A stretch of 64,000 nt of DNA from positions 32,001-96,000 of IMG/VR virus record IMGVR_UViG_3300031687_000001; one strand, written 5' to 3'. How positions within the stretch are numbered: the stretch's first letter is position 1; each line of letters opens with the position of its first letter. Position numbers and translations under genes: made by a program. The notes below the pieces were generated by a model, which worked only from the letters and a program-made list of their open reading frames with translations, was not told the origin of the DNA and made no database searches. Below, piece after piece: positions 39,363-49,417 of the stretch. This stretch comes from a virus.

Positions 39363-40003
39363 TATTTTCTCCTAAAATCTAGGTTATTGATCATTTTAAG
39401 TACCTCTTCCTGGAGATACTTTTCGGCTTTTGTATCGTGATTTATAGCTTTCGCAACATCCATAATAATGTCGCTACGTCTGCCATTCATGATAGCCTCG
39501 TAGAGTGGATCTGGATATGCATCTGGAGCACTTGGATTCGCAACGATATCTACCGTTACAATTTCAAATTCCGACACATTACCATTGTCACCTACGTTAC
39601 CACTACCGCGACTCGATACGCCTAATTTTACACCATTGTCCAACAAAGTTTTACATATGTTGCCCATTGGCGTTGGTAATAATTTTAGCTTGCCATAACC
39701 ATCATTCCCGTTCATCCACATTTTTTCAATGATGTGTGATACTCGGTCCAAATTCACTTGTAGATCATCTGGATGGTCTGCTTCGCCCAACACTGAATAT
39801 CCACCTTGAATCTTTTCTTGAACAGAATTAACTGCTCGTCTGATTTCAGAGGCTGGATATACGCGTTGATTTTGGTTGCGTGCATCACCTTGAACAAAAA
39901 TACCTTCCATATACAAATCCTTACCACCTTTGCCGTTATCCACAGCTTCAGTAACAATGTTTGCTTGATCGAAAGTTAAATGTTCATTCAGTGTATTGCG
40001 CAT
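39362..40003 (-). CDS. gp21: Prohead protease gp21
   Basis: GEADHP, RVSH, GVSSRGSG, DIVANPSAPDA. Confidence 0.95.
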   Translation of the reverse strand: MRNTLNEHLTFDQANIVTEAVDNGKGGKDLYMEGIFVQGDARNQNQRVYPASEIRRAVNSVQEKIQGGYSVLGEADHPDDLQVNLDRVSHIIEKMWMNGNDGYGKLKLLPTPMGNICKTLLDNGVKLGVSSRGSGNVGDNGNVSEFEIVTVDIVANPSAPDAYPDPLYEAIMNGRRSDIIMDVAKAINHDTKAEKYLQEEVLKMINNLDFRRK

Positions 40004-40005
40004 TT

Positions 40006-40857
40006 TTATTGTTTCATACCGCGCTTCTCAGCACCATGACCGCGAGTTTCTGGCTTCAATGAAGCGCCTTCGCCAGGATGTGTTACACCCATGTCTTTTG
40101 CTGATTCGTCTGATAAGCCTTTCTTAGAGCCTTCAGATCCTTTTGCGCCAGTTGGAATTACTTTTCCACCCATGTCATTTTTGCCTGCAACTGGTGATGC
40201 TTTACCGTCATCTCCTGCTGGCATTTCTGAAGGATGCATTCCATCTTTACCAATCTTTGTAAGATCAGCGGCTTCTTCTAATTCTTCTGCTTCATCAGAT
40301 TCGAATGCTAACTGCTCTTCGAACTCTTCTTCTGCTTCTGGCTCAATGTCAGATGCGAAATCATCGGCTGGAAGTTCGTCAGATAAACCTGCTTCTTCTT
40401 CATCACCTAGATCATCGCCCATCAACTGTGCGAATTCTGCTTTTAAATCAGCAAGTGCATCTTCAACGCTTAACATTGCGTCTTCAATTCCTGCTTCTGA
40501 TTCTGGCTCCATGTCGCCTTCAGCGTCCATGTCCATATCCATTTCATCGTCAGATGCTAGTTCGAATTCTGCTTCACCTTCAGCATCAAATTCTTCTTCT
40601 TCACCTTCGTCTTCCATTGCATACTCTTCTTCTGCTGCAATTTCTTCTTCGAATGAATCAACATCTTCGTCGAAATAAGATTCTTCAATCTCTTCTTCTG
40701 AAATGTCATCTTCGACGATTTCATCTTGCTCCACAAGACCTGACCAGATCTCACGAGCTTTGTCTACAAAAGCTTCATGTAACAAATCAGATGCAACTTC
40801 ACCTTCTCCGTTTACTAGGCTCTCAATGATCTTTGAATAACGATCTTGTACGCTCAT
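40006..40857 (-). CDS. Highly acidic prohead core protein
   Basis: D/E-rich, located between portal and protease like T4 gp67/68. Confidence 0.65.
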   Translation of the reverse strand: MSVQDRYSKIIESLVNGEGEVASDLLHEAFVDKAREIWSGLVEQDEIVEDDISEEEIEESYFDEDVDSFEEEIAAEEEYAMEDEGEEEEFDAEGEAEFELASDDEMDMDMDAEGDMEPESEAGIEDAMLSVEDALADLKAEFAQLMGDDLGDEEEAGLSDELPADDFASDIEPEAEEEFEEQLAFESDEAEELEEAADLTKIGKDGMHPSEMPAGDDGKASPVAGKNDMGGKVIPTGAKGSEGSKKGLSDESAKDMGVTHPGEGASLKPETRGHGAEKRGMKQ

Positions 40858-41052
40858 TTTATATTCTCCGTTTAATAAAATTTTATTTTATAAATCTATT
40901 TATTTAATCCCGTAGGCTACTAGGGAACTAATTTATTACATTAGTATTTAATACTTTTTGCCTATAACTAGCCAATAACGCGTTTAAAATCGCGTTTTTA
41001 TAAAAATAATACATTATAATACAATCTATTACTTTTATTTATCAACTTTTAT

Positions 41053-41241
41053 TTACTCTGATGGCTTACCATACATTGCTGTATTAACAGACTGCTCATC
41101 TTCATATTCTGCTTTAGCCAATTCGCGCTTATTACGAATCTTATTTAAATGCTTCAAAGTCAGACGTGGGCGACGAGTATCGTCAATATCCCACTTGTCT
41201 TCATCATTTCTTTCATCAATTGCTAATTCATTAAATCTCAT
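41053..41241 (-). CDS. Small head-region protein, 62 aa
   Basis: DTRRPRLTLKHLNKIR...MYG; coupled to the portal stop. Confidence 0.7.
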   Translation of the reverse strand: MRFNELAIDERNDEDKWDIDDTRRPRLTLKHLNKIRNKRELAKAEYEDEQSVNTAMYGKPSE

Positions 41242-42877
41242 TACCTATCTCCCCTTCGCCATCCATGTCTGGTGTTACTTCGTCGAAGTCACCATCGTCA
41301 AACTCTTCATCGTCTAATTCTGTTGCTTCAAATCCATCAACATCACCAGCACGCAATCCTATAGAACCTAAGTCACTACCTGGATCACTAGATTCACCAC
41401 CTTCGTTATTTTCCTTGCGCCATAACATTTCATTTTCTGTAATCTCTGACTCACTAAGCCCAAGATATTTCTTCAGAAGGAACTGTCTGCTCAAATAATC
41501 AACACCCTCTAGATTGCCAAACACTGCTGCTCTTGCTGAATCTAATTCAATCTCTCTGTACTTACTGAAACTCTGTGGCTCTACGAATTTTAAATCAAAC
41601 AAACTACTAGTAACATCAATTCCACGGAACTTCAAAAACATTTTAAATTCATTATCTAATGCAGGACCTAGCAATAACTGAATACGTTCGCAATACTTAC
41701 TAAAGCGATATTCTTGTATCAATGCAGTTCCTAAACGACCATCGTTATATGTCGCTGTTCCATCTTCAGAACCAGTTGGCATATACGAACTCGGTATACG
41801 TAAACCTCTCAATAACTTATTATTGAAGTATTTTAGATCATCAATCTCGCCTAAATTATCACCGCCGGGCAGTACTTCTACCTTAGAACCACGCCCTTCT
41901 GCTGTTTGAGCAAAGAAATAATCTTCCATGATTGATAATGGATTGTATGCAGCATCTACTACACTGCTACCACCACCAGTTTTATTAGGAATTCTAGTCT
42001 GATGAACTTCATTTTTAACGCGTTCAACGAATCCCATAGCCTTATGTGCTGGCATATTACCAACATCGATATAGAATACTCGACGTTCTGGTGCACGTTG
42101 CACACGGTAAATGATGATTGAATCTTCTAGTAATTCTTTTTGCTTATATACTTTAAATACTGATTCAAGTATACTTTGACCAAAGGGCCAACTAGCAGTC
42201 ATACCGTCAGTCATTGAAATATGAACAACATGTGAACTGTCAACCGCATATTCTTCATTAGAATTTCCTGACATTTGATTGCTAGATAATCCAGAGTTAC
42301 TAGTCGTATTAGTAAATCCTGGAGAACTATGCATGTCCATATTTTGAGTATTTCTTGTATCAGTTAATACCATATCATGCAAATTTAAGTTGATATTGCG
42401 CATGATGTATTGATCAATTTCTTTACCATTTGATTCATTTACAACAGCCTTAGTAACATCTTCTGGTGAAACCCAAAATAGTTTAAACGTCTCAGGATCT
42501 CTTACAAAGAAATGATCTCCATATTTAATCGCTGCGCGTATAATATTGAATGCTCTACGCTCAAAATCATTTATGTTACACCATTGCTTTAATGCAGTGG
42601 ATAACGCAGAAACTTCTGCATCAGTTGCTTCTGATTTATAAAATATTTCAAACGGCAATTTAGTTTCAGGACTTGTCTGTGTACTAAATTCTGCAATAGT
42701 ATCCAATGCACCGTTAATTTCAGAATCTTGATCCATCTGATCATATTGCGTATAGCGTTCTGTACGATTCGGCATACCAGAATATACTTCTGGTAGCCAA
42801 CTTTGCCATCTAGATTGCTTGGTCTGTTGACCCGCTTGATTCATGTCGTGCTTCTGAAAATGCTTCTTCCAACTCAT
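41231..42877 (-). CDS. gp20: Portal protein gp20
   Basis: LLEDSIIIYRVQRAPERRVFYIDVGNMP, EDYFF, LPGGDNLGEIDD. Confidence 0.95.
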   Translation of the reverse strand: MSWKKHFQKHDMNQAGQQTKQSRWQSWLPEVYSGMPNRTERYTQYDQMDQDSEINGALDTIAEFSTQTSPETKLPFEIFYKSEATDAEVSALSTALKQWCNINDFERRAFNIIRAAIKYGDHFFVRDPETFKLFWVSPEDVTKAVVNESNGKEIDQYIMRNINLNLHDMVLTDTRNTQNMDMHSSPGFTNTTSNSGLSSNQMSGNSNEEYAVDSSHVVHISMTDGMTASWPFGQSILESVFKVYKQKELLEDSIIIYRVQRAPERRVFYIDVGNMPAHKAMGFVERVKNEVHQTRIPNKTGGGSSVVDAAYNPLSIMEDYFFAQTAEGRGSKVEVLPGGDNLGEIDDLKYFNNKLLRGLRIPSSYMPTGSEDGTATYNDGRLGTALIQEYRFSKYCERIQLLLGPALDNEFKMFLKFRGIDVTSSLFDLKFVEPQSFSKYREIELDSARAAVFGNLEGVDYLSRQFLLKKYLGLSESEITENEMLWRKENNEGGESSDPGSDLGSIGLRAGDVDGFEATELDDEEFDDGDFDEVTPDMDGEGEIGNEI

Positions 42878-42924
42878 AGTAATTTACCTTTTAATTTCAT
42901 TATGATAGTATTTATGCTTTTAAA

Positions 42925-44985
42925 TTATGCCGTTTTATTAGTATTATCAACTGCTCGTTTATAGTCATTAGATCTCTGTATGCTCTTCATAGCGGATTTC
43001 ATCTGGTTGAGAACCGCTACAGTTTGCTGTTTTGTTTTTATAATCTCTTCTATATGCTGCGACATCTTATTATCCCCAATATTAACAGGATCTTGCATCA
43101 TTTTTGTTTTATTCGTATCTGTCATTCTGCCATTCTCATTTGGTGTATCCAATCTTGTACTTTTACTTGTACCTGTACCTGTATTATTGGCAGTGGGTTC
43201 TGGCATATTTCCTTCTGTCATTGGTGTTATTGAGTGCTTTTTTCTAAACGCCTTCAACTCATCTGTGTTGCCTGATTGCTCTAGTCTAGACTCCATAAGT
43301 CTAATCTGGTAATCTTTAAATGTTTCATCGTCTTTCTTGTAAAGCAAGTTAGTCTCTGGTTCATTTGATCTGTTTAATAAGTTTTTCATAGACTCTGTTC
43401 CAGATTTCAATCCATTTGCAAGTTTTTCTGCCATATTAGATGCTTCATCTAAGTTATAAACAAACGCATCTTGAATTATCATGAATGTTTTTTTCATATT
43501 GTTCATCGCGACTGTCATTGCACCAGATGTGACTGATTTCTCTTCTATTTCTTTAAGATATGTGGCGTACTCACTTTTGCTCATACCAATCAATTTTTTC
43601 ATTTGTTTGTCTACCATAACACCACCAGCTTTCAACTGTTGAATGATATGCTGAACCGAACCAACTACTACATTACTTGACCCTACTTCTGCATCACGCA
43701 TCTTTGCCATCTCTTTAACGAGCATCTTATTTGCGCCATCTATATCGCCAGACCTAAACACCTCATTGACTCTATCAGTGAATCCATTATTTGCAGCATC
43801 GAGTGCTGTAGCCAAATCTGGTCCCAATGCAACTGCCATATCAAAATCTGCTGGGGTGTCTGCCACTCTAAAGATATAATCATTAAATCTATCAGATATA
43901 TCTTTTCCGACAGGACCCATAGAACTTTCAAGTAGTGCAAATTGTGATATGAACGATCGTGCTACTTCTGCGTGTCCGCCTCCCGCTTTATCCATTGTTG
44001 CCAATGCTGCTGCAACTTGTGGTTGCGATAATGAGGCTAAGCGTTTCTGTAATATTTCTGATCTATTCTCACCTGTCAAACTTGCTAATGCGGTTGTTTC
44101 AATCATCAAATTATGAAATCCTAATTCAACACTATCTTGAGTGCTTAATAATGCCATATCTTTAGATAATGTCATACGCTGTATGTTTACATAATCAGCT
44201 AAAACTTCTGCCATTTCTGCCGATCTTAAACCGTAGTCACCAAATTTATCACCTGTCTCATTGACCGACTTGAACATTGATGTAAATGCAGTCGTACCAC
44301 TTGATACCCCATTGCCCAATGACTGAAATGCAACGCCATTTTGACTAACTAGTTTGGTTAATTCAGTATATGTTAGACCTGATGCTATCGCTGATTGCTT
44401 CAATGTTTCATATGGAGATGTATCGCCAAACATGATTGCACCAGAATTTATCATAGTCTCTTGTGCTTTTGCAAATTGTTCTATTTGTCCGACTTGAAAG
44501 CCTGCCCATGCTAATGCTGTACCGGCAAGTGCACCAACTCCAATGCCTGCGGTTTTTAATAACTTCCCTGCCTTAGAGTTTGCATCAATGTCCTTTGTCA
44601 TTCCCTTTGCACTACCAGAAATAGCCCCAACCATATCGCCAAGCATATCTACCATTGAAGTAAGTGGTGCATCAGTATTACTAAATTTGTCAACCGCATT
44701 TTTAGTTGATTTTGCTGCACCAACTAGTTTTTTGTCTAGAGATTCTTTCTTTGCTATCGATACTTCTTCATTACTTGAAGCATATTCCTTTGCAATTCCT
44801 TGAATATCATCGGATAACTGTGCTGTATTTACCGTACCTGTCTTTATATGCTTTGCTATTACACTTGACATAAGATTAGATGTACCAGTTAATTCTGCTA
44901 TTTTACTGAGTGTTTCTTCACTAGCCCATTTAGGTATTTGTATTGATATTCCTTCAACTTCGATAGTGTGTGTTTTATCCGCCAT
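42925..44985 (-). CDS. Tape-measure-like protein B, 686 aa
   Basis: Helical A/G/M/S-rich, hydrophobic segment, IPKWASEETL N-terminal motif. Confidence 0.65.
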   Translation of the reverse strand: MADKTHTIEVEGISIQIPKWASEETLSKIAELTGTSNLMSSVIAKHIKTGTVNTAQLSDDIQGIAKEYASSNEEVSIAKKESLDKKLVGAAKSTKNAVDKFSNTDAPLTSMVDMLGDMVGAISGSAKGMTKDIDANSKAGKLLKTAGIGVGALAGTALAWAGFQVGQIEQFAKAQETMINSGAIMFGDTSPYETLKQSAIASGLTYTELTKLVSQNGVAFQSLGNGVSSGTTAFTSMFKSVNETGDKFGDYGLRSAEMAEVLADYVNIQRMTLSKDMALLSTQDSVELGFHNLMIETTALASLTGENRSEILQKRLASLSQPQVAAALATMDKAGGGHAEVARSFISQFALLESSMGPVGKDISDRFNDYIFRVADTPADFDMAVALGPDLATALDAANNGFTDRVNEVFRSGDIDGANKMLVKEMAKMRDAEVGSSNVVVGSVQHIIQQLKAGGVMVDKQMKKLIGMSKSEYATYLKEIEEKSVTSGAMTVAMNNMKKTFMIIQDAFVYNLDEASNMAEKLANGLKSGTESMKNLLNRSNEPETNLLYKKDDETFKDYQIRLMESRLEQSGNTDELKAFRKKHSITPMTEGNMPEPTANNTGTGTSKSTRLDTPNENGRMTDTNKTKMMQDPVNIGDNKMSQHIEEIIKTKQQTVAVLNQMKSAMKSIQRSNDYKRAVDNTNKTA

Positions 44986-47035
44986 TCATATTCTCCGTTA
45001 CTGCCGTCTTTTCTATTACTTCGGTTATTTCTTTAATTTTTTTACCAATCATACTATCTAATTGGTGCATATTGTTAAACTTCATACCAACTACATTTAA
45101 CTCATCTACATATACTTTTTTACTACCTATAGGTGAATTAGGATCTTTTATATTAGCATACCATCTACCATTAGGTCGTTGAATTGGAACAGGTCCGCCA
45201 CCTTCTGCAAATTGTCCGGGACTAAAATTCTTGTTTAAAATATTATATGCATTAGTATATGCATTAGCATATGCTGCTTTCTGTTTTAGTGTTTGTGCTT
45301 TCTTATATGCGTCATATGCCTCTTTTACATTATCTGACATATCATCATAATTCTCGTCTGTTACTACACTTCCAGCGCCGCCATTTGACATCATCTTCTG
45401 AGACATATTGGCGCCTGGATTGGTAACTTCGGGTTCTATTGGCTTATCTTCTGTCTTTATCAATCCGATAAATTCAAATGCAGATTGCACTAATCCTAAA
45501 GCACCTGAAAAGCCTTTAACGGCAGTTGCACCAAGTGCATAACCTGGAGTTAATTCGTTCACAACTGTTCTAAATCCAACTCTTGCTGCATCTATTGCAT
45601 CTATTGAACTATCTGCTTGCTCGGTTAATGATTTGACACTCTCTAATCCAGCGTCTAATTGATCTACTGTCAAATCCATAAATGCTTCTGGTGCTATACG
45701 CGCTTGTGCTATTAAATCGTTTGATTGTTGCACTATCGGGTCATCTCCATATCTAGGACTCGCCATTGATATTGATGTTGTTAATTCTTTTACTTTCATA
45801 ACCAATTCTGGTTGTGATAATTTTCCTGTTCCCGCTTGTTCCATTATATCTTTGAATTGAGTAGACACCTCTGGTCCCAGTGTACTCAACATATTAATCA
45901 TATCAGTCGGCATGTTATTTAAAACAGATGCGTCTATATTAATATCTTTCAACATATTGTTAAACACTTGCTCAGTTTGTTCCCCAAACTGCGGACCCAA
46001 TACTGTACTGAATAACATCTTTATATTTGCACCAGTATTTTTAACATTCTCTGCTGCATTTTCACCATATGTCTTTGCTAGATATTCGCCATTCATTGAC
46101 ATTGCTGTCATGAAATCTATGTTTGTCATCGCTTCGCTTCTCATCGCTAATAACGCACTTCGTTGACTACCAAATTTTTCTGCAAGGAAAGTGGTCATCG
46201 CACTACTTGACTCGAAATTCTTTCTTATTTTATCTTTCGTCAATTGACCAAATTGTTCCAATTCACCTGACATATACATTAAATTGGCTTCTTCTAACAA
46301 TCTTGTAGTCATTTGCTCAACGCCATAACCAAAATCGCCCATTGTCTTTGATGTTTCAGATTCTACTTTTCCAGAAAAATCTATAAATTGCTTCGTAGTA
46401 TTCATCAAACCGTCTGGCAGATTTGCAAGCATGGCTTTGTTTCCATTCATGACCTTTGTCATTTCTTGCATACTCATACCAACGCCTGCCAATGATCCTC
46501 TCATTTCAGTATATTGCGACATATCACCAACAACACCACCATAATCAATTACCTGTCTTAATCCTTTTTCTTGCTCCGACATAAGTTTTGCATATATTGC
46601 CGCTACACCGACTGCCGCTACACCAACCCCCACAGCCCCATCAACCACCCATGACACTGCTGCGGCTTTAGGACCTAGAAACTGTGTAAAAGAGGTAATA
46701 CCACCAACGGTAGCAGAAATAGCCCCAACGCTCATCTTCAATAGTTCTGCGGTTGCTTCTAATGGGTCGGTATCTCGCGACACGACAGAGAACATGTTTT
46801 TAGTTCCATCTTCCATCTTTGTAATTAATTTGTTAGTTTTCTTAAATAATTCCTCAGCGTCTTCAAACTCTTTTTTAACAGAATCATAATCAAACTCAAC
46901 ACCTGTCAATGATTGAAATACTTTCTTTAATTTGGCATTCTCGGTGCGTGTGTTAGAGGCAATCTTCCCCAATGTGTCTTCACTTGCCCAAGGATAATCA
47001 TTGTGAATCTTCCTGATGTCGTCTTCTATTGCCAT
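44975..47035 (-). CDS. Tape-measure-like protein A, 686 aa from the probable start
   Basis: Start reassigned to ATG 47035 (MAIEDD, downstream of a late box and AGGT); YPWASEDTL motif; paralogous to B. Confidence 0.65.
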   Translation of the reverse strand: MAIEDDIRKIHNDYPWASEDTLGKIASNTRTENAKLKKVFQSLTGVEFDYDSVKKEFEDAEELFKKTNKLITKMEDGTKNMFSVVSRDTDPLEATAELLKMSVGAISATVGGITSFTQFLGPKAAAVSWVVDGAVGVGVAAVGVAAIYAKLMSEQEKGLRQVIDYGGVVGDMSQYTEMRGSLAGVGMSMQEMTKVMNGNKAMLANLPDGLMNTTKQFIDFSGKVESETSKTMGDFGYGVEQMTTRLLEEANLMYMSGELEQFGQLTKDKIRKNFESSSAMTTFLAEKFGSQRSALLAMRSEAMTNIDFMTAMSMNGEYLAKTYGENAAENVKNTGANIKMLFSTVLGPQFGEQTEQVFNNMLKDINIDASVLNNMPTDMINMLSTLGPEVSTQFKDIMEQAGTGKLSQPELVMKVKELTTSISMASPRYGDDPIVQQSNDLIAQARIAPEAFMDLTVDQLDAGLESVKSLTEQADSSIDAIDAARVGFRTVVNELTPGYALGATAVKGFSGALGLVQSAFEFIGLIKTEDKPIEPEVTNPGANMSQKMMSNGGAGSVVTDENYDDMSDNVKEAYDAYKKAQTLKQKAAYANAYTNAYNILNKNFSPGQFAEGGGPVPIQRPNGRWYANIKDPNSPIGSKKVYVDELNVVGMKFNNMHQLDSMIGKKIKEITEVIEKTAVTENMNGG

Positions 47036-47046
47036 AATTAAGTACC

Positions 47047-47065
47047 TATTTAATGAGGATAAATA
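47047..47065. promoter_or_regulatory. Divergent pair of late promoter boxes
   Basis: TTAAATA on minus (47047-53) and ATAAATA on plus (47059-65). Confidence 0.55.
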
Positions 47066-47118
47066 TAGATACACACCTATATTATCACTTTACTTACTAT
47101 TTATATGGAGCAGAAAAA

Positions 47119-47949
47119 ATGAGTAACAATCCTTTATTGAAAGCGTATAAAATACCATCAATGTACATAAGTCTACCTTCTGGTGGACAATACTATACCG
47201 AAAAGCCTAAATTAAGTGCTGACGGTGAATTGGCAATCTACCCAATGACAGCAAGAGATGAAATAATCTCAAAGACACCAGATGCGTTATTTAACGGAGA
47301 AGCAACGATTGCGTTACTTTCCTCGTGTTGTCCAGATATCACTGATCCTAAGTCAACGCCTGTTAATGATTTAATGGTTCTTCTACTTGCAATACGCAAA
47401 GCAAGTTATGGGGATGGAATAGATATCGATATTAAATGTCCGTCTTGTGGCGAACTTAATATGCTTGAAATGGATATTAACAGAATTCTAGGATCTGTTA
47501 AGGCGATAGATGTATCAAATAATTTGATTCTGCAAGATAAATTCAATGTTAAATTGAAACCATATAATGTGAATGATAGAACATTAATTCAGATACAGCA
47601 AATTCAACAAGAGAGAATGATACAAGAACTCGCTAATACTGAATTATCTGATGCTGAAAGAAATGAAAAATTTGGAAAAACATTTGTAGAAATATCAACA
47701 CTGACAATTGATCTTATGGTTAATTGTATCGTATCTGTTACCTACGATGATAATGAAATAACTGATATAGAAACTATTCGTGAATGGTTGCACAATATTT
47801 CAAAAAGCGATTATAAAGATATGAAAGATCATATTGAAAAGATATCCGATAACGGTATCGATACCAAATTTAAAGCAGTATGTCAATCGTGTTCGCATGA
47901 ATGGGAATCTGAGGTAGAACTCGATATGTCAAATTTTTTCGCAGGCTGA
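47119..47949 (+). CDS. Baseplate hub/tail assembly chaperone gp26-like
   Basis: LPSGG, MTARDE, TPDALFNG, two CxxC pairs, NFF end; start at ATG 47119 after GGAG. Confidence 0.8.
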   Translation: MSNNPLLKAYKIPSMYISLPSGGQYYTEKPKLSADGELAIYPMTARDEIISKTPDALFNGEATIALLSSCCPDITDPKSTPVNDLMVLLLAIRKASYGDGIDIDIKCPSCGELNMLEMDINRILGSVKAIDVSNNLILQDKFNVKLKPYNVNDRTLIQIQQIQQERMIQELANTELSDAERNEKFGKTFVEISTLTIDLMVNCIVSVTYDDNEITDIETIREWLHNISKSDYKDMKDHIEKISDNGIDTKFKAVCQSCSHEWESEVELDMSNFFAG

Positions 47950-48146
47950 TAGCAACAAGTCAGCCGCACGAAATTCCTGATATACTTGACAGATACCAAG
48001 ATGATCTAACTAAGTTAAATTCAAATCATATGGATATTCTTATCATGTCACATGGTGCAATGACATACGAATCATTGATGACAATGCCAGTGCCCATGAT
48101 AGACTTGTTCATCAAACGATACAACGAGAGGAATAGTGAATCTTAA
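47934..48146 (+). CDS. -1 frameshift extension of the gp26-like gene (gp51/T-like segment)
   Basis: Slippery T TTT TTC at 47934-40; the -1 frame is open for 68 codons to TAA 48146. Confidence 0.65.
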   Translation, partial: FFRRLIATSQPHEIPDILDRYQDDLTKLNSNHMDILIMSHGAMTYESLMTMPVPMIDLFIKRYNERNSES

Positions 48147-48631
48147 TCGTTCACTATTTCGTCGTAATACTCTTGTGTCCATGAATCATAGTAGTTCGTT
48201 TTAATAAGTTTTTTACGACGATCTTCTATGTCTTCTTTTATCTGTACAATAATAATACGAGTAAAGTTCTTAACGAATAATCCACTCAATTCAGTACTTA
48301 CAAAATAATGATGTTCTGGATATAACGCACGCATTTCCGATGTGATGCTATCTAGTACATCTATATCACAATCATCTCCCATCCAACAAACAGCCATTTT
48401 AAACTGACTCTTATCAAATGTCTCTAATGCAGACTTTGAATAACTCAAATCTCTACCATCCATGAATTGAATTTCGCCATTGACTCTTGCTTTACGAGCA
48501 TAAGGACAAACAGGCCAACCATCGCCTTTATCTTGTTCAATCACATCCATAGTAAACTTAATAAAATCATTCTTAAATGATTCAAACTCTATTGCTTTTG
48601 GTGATCTTTCTTTTAGTGACATTGTACTCAT
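48143..48631 (-). CDS. Hypothetical protein with CPYA motif (DUF1415-like)
   Basis: GWPVCPYARKAR; AGGAG RBS; TATAAATA at 48653-60. Confidence 0.6.
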   Translation of the reverse strand: MSTMSLKERSPKAIEFESFKNDFIKFTMDVIEQDKGDGWPVCPYARKARVNGEIQFMDGRDLSYSKSALETFDKSQFKMAVCWMGDDCDIDVLDSITSEMRALYPEHHYFVSTELSGLFVKNFTRIIIVQIKEDIEDRRKKLIKTNYYDSWTQEYYDEIVND

Positions 48632-48859
48632 AGAACTCCTTAATTATATATATATTTATATGAACAACATATCTTGGTTCAAGGAACAACATAATAATGT
48701 AATCACATAAACATTGCTTCGCAATGAACAACTTCAAAAAATATCTCATTCGTTACACTCATTCGTATTTTTCTTATTGTTATACTCTTTAATCTAATTG
48801 TTTCTAACTGTTATTACTATATATCAATGATTGGGCTATTCTATAACTACTATCTATTT

Positions 48860-49378
48860 TTCCAGGATCTTGATCCACACTTCGCTTATGCAGCGAAAGT
48901 GAAAAATTTGTTAAATGAACAGAAAGTTTTTTCCTATCACCCAATCACACTTCGATATAACAAACCCAATTTTACACTTGGGGGAGGCGGTTACGCGGTA
49001 CCTCTTATTACATGCTGCTTCAAGCAACGCAAGAACATCAATTTCCATATCGTCGGATTTTGACTACTCGTAGGTTTCAATAGTTCAGAAGAGCCTACTC
49101 TTTTCGGTTGGTCAGACCAGTGCAATGACCAAAAGAAACACGTGGAAGTCCATCGACATCGCCCCAAAGGCGGCAGATTCATCACGGATACGGTAACAGT
49201 ATCATCCATCTAAGTTTTATAGGGTTCTGAGGGGGTTTGCCAATGCGAGGTGATTAAGTTTTTAGTTTAAGTGCTGAGGACAGCGAAGTGATTGAGTTTT
49301 TTAGTTTAGAGGTTTGTTTAAGTTTTTAGTTTAAGTGTGTTTGTTTAAGTTTTTAGTTTAAGTGTGTTTGTTTATGTA
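48860..49378 (-). ncRNA. Putative large structured non-coding RNA or origin primer transcript
   Basis: Own consensus promoter, no credible ORF, dense hairpins, more GC-rich than flanks; boundaries approximate. Confidence 0.55.
49250..49374. repeat. 27-bp direct repeats plus degenerate copies
   Basis: GTTTGTTTAAGTTTTTAGTTTAAGTGT at 49312-38 and 49339-65 plus a partial; core AGTTTTTAGTTTA also near 49257 and 49296. Confidence 0.85.
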
Positions 49379-49381
49379 ATA

Positions 49382-49409
49382 ATTATACATGATTCTCAGT
49401 GATTGTCAA
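49382..49409 (-). promoter_or_regulatory. Sigma70-type promoter for the non-coding locus
   Basis: TTGACA-N16-TATAAT on the minus strand. Confidence 0.8.
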
Positions 49410-49417
49410 GTATAATT

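Noticed and set aside
37575-40829. Overlapping ORFs within the capsid, scaffold and core genes
   Set aside because: Antisense or frame shadows of strongly biased coding sequence
48827-49209. ORFs 48827..49063 (+) and 48991..49209 (-)
   Set aside because: Short, mutually overlapping, no RBS, atypical composition; the region is better explained as non-coding
49250-49374. Possible CRISPR or mini-array
   Set aside because: Repeats are directly tandem without unique spacers of regular length, and no cas genes are present in the window
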